From Amoebidium appalachense (Eukaryota; Protista; Ichthyosporea), in the NCBI GenBank assembly GCA_963693365.1, contig CAVNZM010000044.1, positions 1-32,617 on the forward strand: a DNA stretch of 32,617 bases, written 5' to 3'. A program made the translations under genes and the position numbers. A model generated the notes under the pieces. The model was not told the DNA's origin, made no database searches, and was given only the letters and a program-made list of their open reading frames with translations. Below, in pieces: positions 24,029-32,617 of the stretch; positions within the stretch are counted from its first letter, which is position 1, and every line of letters starts with the position of its first letter.

Positions 24029-25060
24029 TCACTTAAGAATAGAGGCGAATACACGTGTGGTGGTGGCAGCAATGGAGGCCGGACGAAGTCGGGTATAGAT
24101 CAGGAAGCAGTCGGAGGACCACCGGCCGAGTTGTTTGATCCGGGAGTCGTCGACCCCGGCCTCAGCCAGTGCTGTGGCCCCCCCGATGCGGAGGCTGTGT
24201 CCGGCAAACCGGGAGGGTGAGAGGCCTGCCCGGGAGAGGAGGGCACGGAAATCGGCAGAGAAAGCACTCTTGGTGTAGGGGATGCCACCGAGACTGAAGA
24301 GGGGGTCGTCGGGTTGACCGGATGTTGTATCCAGGAACTGCCGGAGGAGATGGGCTGGGGAGAAGTGGGTGAGGGGCAGGGCAGCTAGGGTGACGTTGAC
24401 ACCTCGGGCCTGTACATCCGTCTTAGAGGTTGGCAGGTGGAGGGTGGCATGGGACAAAGTACCGGTGGGGGTGTAGCTGAAGGTCACGTCCTTCCGTTTA
24501 ACGTGACGGGACGGGTCGAAAGAAGTCAGGGTCTTGGAGGTAAATTCCCCTGAACGGAGGAGACCACAGAAACCGACGATGAGGGCCGTCCATAGCCGGA
24601 GATTGGCCGAGGAGGCCTTGGTGGGGCACTGGCCGTGGAGTAGGTGGAGGTGGGAGGGGAGGAGGGGTTCCCTGGTGGATGAGCGGGGTCGGATGTTGTG
24701 AGAAAGCTGCCATCGGCCTACCCCCCGTAGGAACCAGGCCAGAGACTTGTCGTGGGGGTAGGGAGCAGGGAGGCCCATGTCGAGGTGGAGCCTGGTGATG
24801 GCCGAATTGTAGCCGGTTAAGGAAGAGGCCTGTACCCCTCGTTGGGCACACCAGGCGAGAAAAAGTTGCACGGTGTGTGGGGAGGCCGGGAGGGAGGACC
24901 CGGAGGAGGATTGCAGCCGAGATGCCACACAGAAATCGATGAACACTTTTTGCACCCGGGAGTAAAAGGCCCGAGAGTCGAGGTTGAGACTCAGGGCCTG
25001 GCATTCCTGCAGGGTAGTGGTGGCTCGAAGCAGCTCGGCCGGAGCAAAGTGGGGGGCCAA
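24029..25060 (-). CDS. Tyrosine recombinase; true start uncertain
   Basis: GLLRSGEF (R), SKTD (K), GHSLRIGGAT (HxxR), LGRW (W), FLIY (Y); N-terminal core-binding-like region. Confidence 0.95.
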   Translation of the reverse strand: MAPHFAPAELLRATTTLQECQALSLNLDSRAFYSRVQKVFIDFCVASRLQSSSGSSLPASPHTVQLFLAWCAQRGVQASSLTGYNSAITRLHLDMGLPAPYPHDKSLAWFLRGVGRWQLSHNIRPRSSTREPLLPSHLHLLHGQCPTKASSANLRLWTALIVGFCGLLRSGEFTSKTLTSFDPSRHVKRKDVTFSYTPTGTLSHATLHLPTSKTDVQARGVNVTLAALPLTHFSPAHLLRQFLDTTSGQPDDPLFSLGGIPYTKSAFSADFRALLSRAGLSPSRFAGHSLRIGGATALAEAGVDDSRIKQLGRWSSDCFLIYTRLRPASIAATTTRVFASILK

Positions 25061-25116
25061 TCTGCCAGTGTTGCTCCGGAACGGGAGATCTGGGGGGGGG
25101 GGGGGGGGGGGGGGGG

Positions 25117-26769
25117 TTAGCCCAAGGGAAGGGATAGGAACTCGTGGACCCAGGAGGGGAAGGGGCAGGGCTCCGGTTGCAGGGAAGGTCGGAGTCGTCG
25201 GGCCCGGGGAAGTTGGTTACGAGAAATGGCATCGGCCAGATGGTTGAGGGGTCCTGGTAGGTAGGATGCCTGTAACGTAAATTGGTATTGCATTTCCATG
25301 CGGGTGATGAACCGAATAAGTTTGGCCATCACGGGGTGGGGGGAAGACCGGGAGTGCAGGTCAGACACAGCACCCGTGTTGTCGCATAAAATACGGACAT
25401 GGTGGGTGGACCAGGAGGGGGCCCAGAGGGCCACGGCGGCTGCGATGGCCAGGAGTTCGATGACGGAAGAACCGAGTTTACCCTCATGAGCATAGAGGGC
25501 TTGGGTGGAGGGGGACCAGGGCATGAAGAACCATTGGTCGAGCCAGTGGCCACCTAGACCCACCGATCCGGCAGCATCAGTGGCCAGGGTGGTGTATGTG
25601 GGGGGTGTGATGAGGTGCACCCCATTCCATGATGTGAGGAACTGGTGCCATTCGGCTATGTCGGCCCGGGCGGCAGCAGTCAGTCGTATGTGGTGGTGGC
25701 CGGCAAGGTGTGGGTGGGTCCGGAGAAGGGCCCATAGGCGCTGGGAGAAGGCCCTCCCGGGGGGAACCAGCTGGGCACACCAGGTGAGTTTGCCGAGGAG
25801 GGACTGGAGGTCCCGAATGGTGATGGTGGGCTTTGGGTGGGAAGTGAGGTCGAGTAGGTCCGAGAGCTTGGAAGCCGGGATTCGTGCCTCCATGGCGATG
25901 GAGTCGAATTCGATACCGATGAAGACGACACGGGTAGCCGGGCCCTGCATCTTGTCTTCGGAAATGGCAATGTGCAGCTCTCGGCAGAGTTGCAGAAAGG
26001 TGGATAGGTGACGTTGGCACTGCTGTTGTGTGGGGGCGACTATAATCCAGTCGTCTACGTAGTGGCGGATGAGGGTAATACCGTGCTGGTGTGCCAGCCA
26101 CTGTAGGGTGGCCGCGATCCGTTCCCAGATGGCTGGGCTAGATTTCAGGCCGAAGGGCAGTCTGGTTTCAACGTAAAAATGCCCTTGCCATTTGAATGCC
26201 ATTAAGTGGTGGTCTTCCGGTCGGATGGGCATGTGCCGGAAGGCAGCCTGCACATCTGCCACGGCCATGTAGCAGCCGGGGCCTGCGTCGAGAATGAGTT
26301 GGGTGACATCCCGGGCGCGAATGTACTGAAGTTCGTCGGGGTAGGTGATGCTGTCATTGACACTGCTACCCCGGGGCCAGGAGAGGTGGTGGATTCGACG
26401 GTACTTGGGGGGGTTCCCTTTCTTGGTAACGGCGCCGATGGGGGAGGAACGGTGGATGGGAAATTCGTCAAAGAATTGGGCCGGGGAGAGGGGGCCGCGC
26501 AGGTGGCCGAGGGCGACTTCTTTGGCAATATCCACCGTGATAGCGGCAGCTGCCTCTGGGGTGGTGGGTAGGTTGGGGCCCACCCGAGAGGTGGAGGGGC
26601 CGCGATAGCCGATGTCGACGCCGAATTCGACATCGTGGAGGAGTTGTGCGGCGAATGGTTGGTCCGGGTAGGAGGCCAGCAGTTCCCGGAGGCGGGAGGT
26701 GTCAATGTGGTGCTGGGGCAGCGGGCGGGCCTCCGGGTCTGAGCCTCGGGGGAAGGGGGTGGTTAGCAA
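25117..26769 (-). CDS. Reverse transcriptase / RNase H of DIRS-Ngaro type; true start uncertain
   Basis: KYRRIHHLSWP, DVQAAFR, LPFGLKSSP, HYVDDW; TDAAGSVG, IELLAI, CDN, NHLADAISR. Confidence 0.95.
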   Translation of the reverse strand: MLTTPFPRGSDPEARPLPQHHIDTSRLRELLASYPDQPFAAQLLHDVEFGVDIGYRGPSTSRVGPNLPTTPEAAAAITVDIAKEVALGHLRGPLSPAQFFDEFPIHRSSPIGAVTKKGNPPKYRRIHHLSWPRGSSVNDSITYPDELQYIRARDVTQLILDAGPGCYMAVADVQAAFRHMPIRPEDHHLMAFKWQGHFYVETRLPFGLKSSPAIWERIAATLQWLAHQHGITLIRHYVDDWIIVAPTQQQCQRHLSTFLQLCRELHIAISEDKMQGPATRVVFIGIEFDSIAMEARIPASKLSDLLDLTSHPKPTITIRDLQSLLGKLTWCAQLVPPGRAFSQRLWALLRTHPHLAGHHHIRLTAAARADIAEWHQFLTSWNGVHLITPPTYTTLATDAAGSVGLGGHWLDQWFFMPWSPSTQALYAHEGKLGSSVIELLAIAAAVALWAPSWSTHHVRILCDNTGAVSDLHSRSSPHPVMAKLIRFITRMEMQYQFTLQASYLPGPLNHLADAISRNQLPRARRLRPSLQPEPCPFPSWVHEFLSLPLG

Positions 26770-26800
26770 GGGTGGTGTACCCTTGGGGAGATCCCGGCAG

Positions 26801-26856
<56 letters not shown>

Positions 26857-27248
26857 CAGGGCCCCGGGGGGTTAGAGTAGGGCAGCTTGGCCCAAGTGAG
26901 GGTTGGCAGGGAGGGCAGCGGGGCCCTGTGCAGGGGAATGTGCCCGAGCACGCGGGGGTGTGGGCGGACACAGCGGTAGAAGAAGGGGGGGGGAGGGAGT
27001 GCTAGGTGAGTGTAAGGGGCGGGAGGCTCGTGGGATGGGGGGGGGGGGAGTAAAATTATGTGCAGTGGCCAGAATAAACGTCTTTGTATAGGGACATTTA
27101 TTCTTGACGCGCGCGGGCGCCGTAGTTGGCCTGCGAAATTTTGTACTCAGCCCTATTGGCCCGTTCTCCCGAGCTCCGTTTCCCTGTACTCGTGTGTCCT
27201 AGCTCCGAACCCCTATGTTCTAGCTGTGTGTGTGGGTGTGCGCGTAGA

Positions 27249-28418
27249 CTAGGCATTGTGCTTGCAGTCTTTGCGGGGGTGTGTGCCGGAGCAGAGCGGG
27301 CACACGTGGGAGAAGGGGCAGGGCTGCTTAGCGCAGGACCGACCGTTAATGTGGAAATTCCTGCAGTGCGTCGCGGGTAGATCCACGGGTCGGGCCGGTT
27401 TGGCCGGGCCGGGTTGCGGGCCAGGGCGGTTAGGGGTGTGACCCCCGCCGGGCTTGTGGGGCGGCTTAAAGCCGTCAAGACCACAGCCGGGCTTGGGGTA
27501 CATGGGGCAGGCCGCGCTGGGGTGGTCGGGGAAGCCACAGCGCTGACATGCGTCCTGGATGAGCAGGGTGGGTGGCAGGAGGAGATCCTGGTGGAGTTGG
27601 GCGAGCAGGTTGGGGCACTCGATCGGAGCCCGACCCTGCTGGTGGGCCACGGTGCGGGCGTATACGTCATAGTTGTGGATCTGGGCCCACGGGTATCGGG
27701 TGCTGAGGCGAGTGATGTGCTGAGTCCAAAGTACGTCTTTGTCCGTGGGAAGGCCGAGGTGGTGCTTGGCGGCCATGTAATGGGTCCAAGCTTGGATCCA
27801 AATGACGAGTGAACGCAGGGGAACGGGTTTGTCTTGGCGAAAAGTCTCGATGCTGCCATCGTCGGCCATGCGCAGATGCTGACCTTTCTTGGATGGGGCC
27901 AGGAGGGCGGCGGGGGTGAACTTATACAGGTCGACGAAACGATTGGCGCGCAAATCTGCCAGCACATCCGCGGGGGGAAGCGGGAGTGTGCCCGGCTGAA
28001 TGTCGCCAGTGTTCTCACCTGTGATGGGGGGCGCGGGCAGGGCAGGCAGGTCAAGGTCAGGGCCGAGATGCAGCCCCGGGGAAACCTCCCCGGGTGTGGA
28101 GGGCGCGGCGGGGGGCGCGGGAGGGTCGCGGTTGGTGAGAGCAGCCAGGACGCCAGCCATCTGGGTGCTGATGGCGGTGAGGGCGGCCAGGACGGCGTCT
28201 TGAGAAGTCATCTGCGGGGACGGCGGGGCCTGAGGGGGGACTTCAGGGGTGGAGGGGAGAGTAGCCGGCGGGTCCGGGTCCGTGGTGGTATGGGCCGCTG
28301 GAGGCGCGTCAGTGTCCGCGGGAGCGTTGGTCAGCCTGTGGCGGAGGTCGCTGCGGGTCAGGCGCTTAGGTGCCGTGGCAGGGGCGGCGGCTGAGGCCTG
28401 GCGCTTTTTCGGCGGCAT
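27249..28418 (-). CDS. gag: Gag-like ORF1 with zinc fingers
   Basis: CQRCGFPDHPSAAC and CRNFH...C...CPFSHVCPLCSGTHPRKDC; WIQAWTHY and YPWAQIHNYD region typical of YR-element ORF1. Confidence 0.88.
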   Translation of the reverse strand: MPPKKRQASAAAPATAPKRLTRSDLRHRLTNAPADTDAPPAAHTTTDPDPPATLPSTPEVPPQAPPSPQMTSQDAVLAALTAISTQMAGVLAALTNRDPPAPPAAPSTPGEVSPGLHLGPDLDLPALPAPPITGENTGDIQPGTLPLPPADVLADLRANRFVDLYKFTPAALLAPSKKGQHLRMADDGSIETFRQDKPVPLRSLVIWIQAWTHYMAAKHHLGLPTDKDVLWTQHITRLSTRYPWAQIHNYDVYARTVAHQQGRAPIECPNLLAQLHQDLLLPPTLLIQDACQRCGFPDHPSAACPMYPKPGCGLDGFKPPHKPGGGHTPNRPGPQPGPAKPARPVDLPATHCRNFHINGRSCAKQPCPFSHVCPLCSGTHPRKDCKHNA

Positions 28419-28457
28419 GCTGACCGGCGTAGGGAAAGATAGGGAGAATGAAAAGGA

Positions 28458-28808
28458 GTGAAAAGGAATATATAGCTGTAAGGCTGTGGATGCTAAACAC
28501 AGAAGATGTGTTTGTAGCTTGCTGATCTGCTAAAAACTGTCGTGCTTATATACCTAAGCCTACCGATCTGAACCAATCAAAAATCGATCTAGTGATATGT
28601 GAAATCTGATCCGAGCCAATCATAACTCGGTCTAGTGATCTGTGGTATCTGATGTTTTGACTGGCTAATAGGTGCCCGTGTGCGGGCAGCCAACCGCTAA
28701 CTGCTAAAACACGAAATGAAGCCTACATGGTTATGTTGGTATCGAACACCCATCCTACGTGTTTACCCAGAAAAAATATTTATGTCAATAATTTCCACAA
28801 ATAAAACC
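28458..28808 (-). repeat. Split direct repeat A1 (351 bp), 5' end of the element
   Basis: Identical by eye to A2. Confidence 0.95.
28546..28620 (-). promoter_or_regulatory. Putative Pol II promoter in A1: TATATAA plus two CCAAT boxes
   Basis: TATATAA (minus) at 28546-28552, ~130 bp before the gag ATG; CCAATC at 28573 and 28616. Confidence 0.5.
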
Positions 28809-29146
28809 CAGGTCTGGATGGTGCCCCATCCTCTGCTTCATTTGTAGGTGGCCCTACTGTAGGTTCTGTTCGTTATGTGGAATACCAAAACCATTCGTAT
28901 TCGTGGAACTGCTTTGTGCTGTGCTTTCTTTCGTGTTGGTGTTCATGAAGTTACCCCGTTCACACACCCTACTTCTTACATACATTAGATGTAAGTAGCT
29001 GCCTGGTGAGTGTGTGGTTCGTGTTCGTGGCATTCTTCTGTTCCTTCGTGAGAAGAATATTCGTTTTAGCAGAGGTGCCCAATAAGGCAGCTTGTGGGGT
29101 TGTCTCCCGCATGTGCCCATTGGTGGGGTATGCACGTGCTAAATTG

Positions 29147-29500
29147 TTACAGTGTCATCATATTGCAAGGGAATAACATGGTCACCTCCGTACCAGGGCC
29201 TAGGTACACATGATGGTCCGATGTGTTAGTCAACAACACCTTGCATTCGTATTCGTATTCGTCTTCCACGTCACTTTCTTCAGTAGTGAAGGAGGGTATT
29301 CGTAATTCGAAACTGAAAGGCTTCCAGCCAAAATACTGACACTGTATGCTGGGGTTGTGAGGGAACGGTGCCCATACCACATTCTTTTGTTCTGGTGGGG
29401 GTGTGCCGGCAGCTAGTGCAAGGCTTGACAGTGTAATTGGTATGTTACACAGTATTGCCACAGACGGGCATTCACCTTAAAATTCGTACCCAACACCTTC
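29147..29500 (-). pseudogene. Degenerate gypsy protease-end / post-protease remnant
   Basis: VLGTNF (ILGxDF-like) at ~29480-29497 and KVLLTNTSDHHVYLGPGTEV; position between PBS and RT remnant fits. Confidence 0.4.
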
Positions 29501-30387
29501 TTTGTTTTTCACATGCATGAACAAAAGTTCTGCATCGACTTTATTACATGCCTTTTGTGCACCAAGAGTGCAAATTCGTTAGGGCGTGGCACCAGGAAGG
29601 GCCGCCATACATGAGGCATATGTTCGTAATGTGTTTAGGCATGCCAGCATACATTCATGCGCATGTTGTGCATCCTGTGCGCTAAACTATGGGGCATGCT
29701 GTATTCGAAAACAGCAAGAAATTCGAAGCATGCATGCAAAACTACTTTCACAGCACCTTATGTCCTCAATGCTATAGGAACAGCGACTATCTTCTTCTTT
29801 AAATGCATTCGTGCTGAAAGTGGCCGTGCATCTGGCTTGCGAGTGTGGAGGTGCATGCGGTGGCATGGACACGATGACAGTGTGCAATAGCGCAATGCAC
29901 GCAAGGGCAACGGTTTTCTTTTCTTCGTAACATAGAGGGGGCTGTGTGTGCATTGCAACCCAAGCAGTGTTGTGCATTCGTTCTTTCATTTTCGTATTTC
30001 CATTTCATTTTGCTTTCGTTTTTCGTTTTTTGTCGTTTGATAACTTCGTTACTTTGTTTTGTTTTGTGTTGCATTCATTCGTATTTCCTCTATGCATTCG
30101 CTTGTCGTTAATTCTTTATTTCATTGCGTATTCGTGATGGTTCGTTTTTCGTTGGTTCATTGCTTCGTTAGCAATTCTTTATTCGTTTGTTCGTGTATTC
30201 GTTGTTTCGTTGTGTATTCGTTTTTCTTCACATTTTTGATGTGTCGTAGCAAAAGAAGTTTTACATGCTTTCAATTCTTTCCGTGTAGGTGGGCTGGCCA
30301 CTTCAAACTTGTCGGTGTATATATTCTAAGCCGGACAAGGAAAGATGTGCCTATCATCGGGGTAATAAGGATTGTGATCGGCCATGG

Positions 30388-30472
30388 GAGATTCTTGAGC
30401 TGATTGAAAGATGTGAGATTCTTGAACTGATTGAAAGATGTGAGATTCGAAGGATGCGAGATTCTTGAACTG
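30388..30472. repeat. 27-bp tandem repeat (GAGATTCTTGA.CTGATTGAAAGATGT) just inside the PBS
   Basis: GAGATTC at 30388, 30415, 30442, 30458. Confidence 0.85.
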
Positions 30473-30483
30473 CGCGGTCGCCA
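30472..30483 (-). promoter_or_regulatory. PBS TGGCGACCGCGC (probably tRNA-Arg)
   Basis: Starts 1 nt after the LTR CA; TGGCGACCG is the type used by 412/mdg1-like gypsy elements. Confidence 0.7.
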
Positions 30484-30484
30484 A

Positions 30485-30964
30485 TGTAAACAGTTGGACT
30501 AGTTGGGATAAGGCAGAGAACAACTGAATCAGAATAAAGACAGAGAACGGGTAGAAAGGCACACGCGGCCAAGTTGCTTTTACTATGGGCCGACTCAGTC
30601 TGTCTCAGACTTCACTGATGTGATCCCCGTACTGGGACGGCTTTGTTATATAGCCCCCAGGTTTCGGATCAAGGCCCAGGATTGCTTCATCCGCGGCCAG
30701 CGCGGGTGGCAACATGCCATTCGTGATTCTGGTGCGGTCCAAGCCAGTCAGACCTTCGTCCTATTTATGCAAACATCTTATTGGTTCACTTCGTTTATGT
30801 GGTATGCAGCGGTAGAATCATACATGGTTCATTTCTTAGGTAAGATTGATTCCTATTGGTGTGGACATAATATTTATGTGATATTCATGACAAAGAACGA
30901 ATTGTGTGCTAGTAGATCACATTCTTTAGTAAACATGTACAGTTCATGTGTACAGTTGTTTACA
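30485..30964 (-). repeat. 5' LTR (480 bp)
   Basis: Identical by eye to 21951-22430. Confidence 0.96.
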
Positions 30965-30969
30965 TTGTC

Positions 30970-32617
30970 ATGGCTGTATTATGGGTAAAACCACCAAGGC
31001 TCCGTTCAAGGGTGACCGTCCTCACTCCAACATCCCCGGTCATGAATGGCATTGGGATTTTTTTGAGCCTACCACAACATCGTACGGAGGTTCCAAGGTT
31101 GCTCTCGTCACTGTCTGCCGTGCCTCTGGACTCGTCAAGATCTACCCGATGGCCGACCGTACAACCACCCTGGACACTCTCACAGCTCACACCAACCTCG
31201 TTGCTACCCATGCCCCCTCCAAAGTTGGTGTCTACCACTTCGACTCCGGCTCTGAGTTCACCTCCAAGGATACCCGTGCTTTTTGCCTCTCCCAGGGCAT
31301 CAAGGCCAGCTATGCTCCGGTGGACTGCCCTCAACTGAACGGCTACGTTGAACGTCGTATGCGGTTCCTACAAGAGATTGTTCGTTGCCTCCTCCATCAA
31401 GTCCAAGATCAGTCTCTGTCCCCCAAACTGTGGGCTGAGGCCCTCCAACATGCCGCCTACATCATCAACGTCACCCCGTCCACGACTGCCAATGGTCGTA
31501 CACCATTCGAGGTTTTCTACGGTGTCAAGCCCGACATCTCCGAGCTCAAAGTGTTCGGTTGCCCTGCCTACACTCATGTGCCAGCCTCTAAACGGAACAA
31601 GCTGGCCCCCACCGTCAAACTCGGCATGTATATCGGCTATGATCTTCAATCACACTGCCACCGGATCTTCAATCCCACCACCCATCGTGTCGGCCTCTTC
31701 CGTGATGTGATTTTCGACGAATCAGCTTATCTCCCGTCCGACATTCCATCAACACTTCCGACCCCCGACACCACTGCTACCTCGACCACCCCACCCCCCA
31801 CAGTTAACACTGAAGATGATGTTTGTCTGGTGTACTCTGGCCCCCCTCCTGCCATCGTCGTTCCCCCGACACCCCCCCCCACCGGCCCACCTGCCCCCGT
31901 GCCCGTCCAGCCTGCCGACCCTCATCCTGCCCCTGGCAACGTCACACCCATCCGACCCGGCTCCCCCGACAACTTCCACTCGGCCCCGTCCAGCCCGGAG
32001 GTTGCCCCCCCTGCAATTCCGGACTTCCAAGTTCCCCCCCCCCTCCCGTCTCCACCTCCCCCGGTTCCTGCACCCCGTCGTTCTGCCCGTCTACAGGGCA
32101 AGGTTGGACTTCAAGCCACCACCACCCTGCCAGTCCCCCCCGGTCCCCCCATCAACATCGACCAACTACCCAAACTTGTCCGTCAACTGTGTTCCGGACC
32201 CAATGGTGATCAGGTCAAGTCAGCCCTCACTGCTGAGTATCAAGCCTTCGTCGACAAAGACATCTTTGAACTTGTTGACCCTCCCCCTGGTGCTAACATC
32301 GTCGGCTTCGAGTGGATTGTCTCCGAGAAAACTCTCAACAGTCGGCTGGTGACACCAAGATCAAGGCCCGTGGTGTTGCTCAAGGCTTCAGTCAGCAATA
32401 CGGTGTTGACTATGAGTTGATTGAGAGCCCTGTCATCCGTCCGGCTGCTCTCCGTGCTATCCTAGCTCTGGCCGTTGTTGAAGGTCATGACATCCATCAA
32501 CTCGACGTGTCTACGGCCTTTCTCAACAGCCCACTCACCGAGACCATCTACATGAAACAACCCCCGGGATTCATCACCATGGCCACACTTGGCAAGGTCT
32601 GGAGACTCAAGAAAGCC
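30970..32617 (+). CDS. pol: Copia Pol continuation: integrase core, Pro-rich linker and RT, with a frameshift at ~32335-32355; partial
   Basis: WHWDFF, HFDSGSEF, NGYVERRMR (DDE); LKVFGCPAY; shifted frame gives KARGVAQGFSQQYGVDY...HQLDVSTAFLN...IYMKQPPGF. Confidence 0.93.

Larger units (their letters stand above)
23341..28808 (-). mobile_element. Ngaro-like tyrosine-recombinase retrotransposon (DIRS order), apparently full length (5468 bp)
   Basis: gag, RT/RNaseH and YR ORFs; no methyltransferase; split direct repeats A1-ORFs-B1-A2-spacer-B2; no TSD. Confidence 0.93.
21951..30964 (-). mobile_element. Non-autonomous gypsy-derived LTR element (LARD-like) with 5-bp TSD TTGTC
   Basis: TTGTC at 21946-21950 and 30965-30969; 480-bp LTRs; PBS and PPT on the minus strand; removing it restores copia VPDC|HGCIMGK. 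Confidence 0.95.
20033..32617 (+). mobile_element. Ty1/copia LTR retrotransposon, interrupted at 21950/30965, running off the window
   Basis: Domain order gag-protease-integrase-RT; putative 5' LTR and PBS; begins within a (CA)n tract. Confidence 0.95.

Noticed and set aside
24498-26705. Alternative-frame and antisense ORFs over RT/YR, and over the gypsy and copia ORFs
   Set aside because: Expected shadow ORFs of GC-rich coding sequence, with no motifs

Overview
This is eukaryotic, repeat-dense DNA with no recognisable host housekeeping gene, rRNA, tRNA or CRISPR array; nearly all of it resolves into nested transposable elements. From left to right: (1) a Ty3/gypsy gag-pol, cut off at the start of integrase (~5104); (2) a segment starting CATCAGCAAA (5105 to possibly 8368) that hosts an internally deleted, TTAA-flanked piggyBac-like element (5615-7682); (3) an 11.3-kb element (8616-19897) with CATCAGCAAAGG inverted termini and a 2-bp AT target duplication. 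It carries a spliced orphan gene, 184-bp and 147-bp tandem arrays, and two internal copies of the sequence it is inserted into; (4) a Ty1/copia element (20033 to the window end), split by (5) a non-autonomous gypsy-derived LTR element with identical 480-bp LTRs and a TTGTC TSD (21951-30964), which is in turn split by (6) an apparently intact Ngaro-like tyrosine-recombinase retrotransposon (23341-28808) with split direct repeats and an extra structured spacer. The best novelty candidates are the CATCAGCA-ended, self-target-carrying element and the promoter plus structured spacer at the Ngaro 3' end. All alignments were done by eye, and frameshifts in long G/C homopolymers may be sequencing errors.
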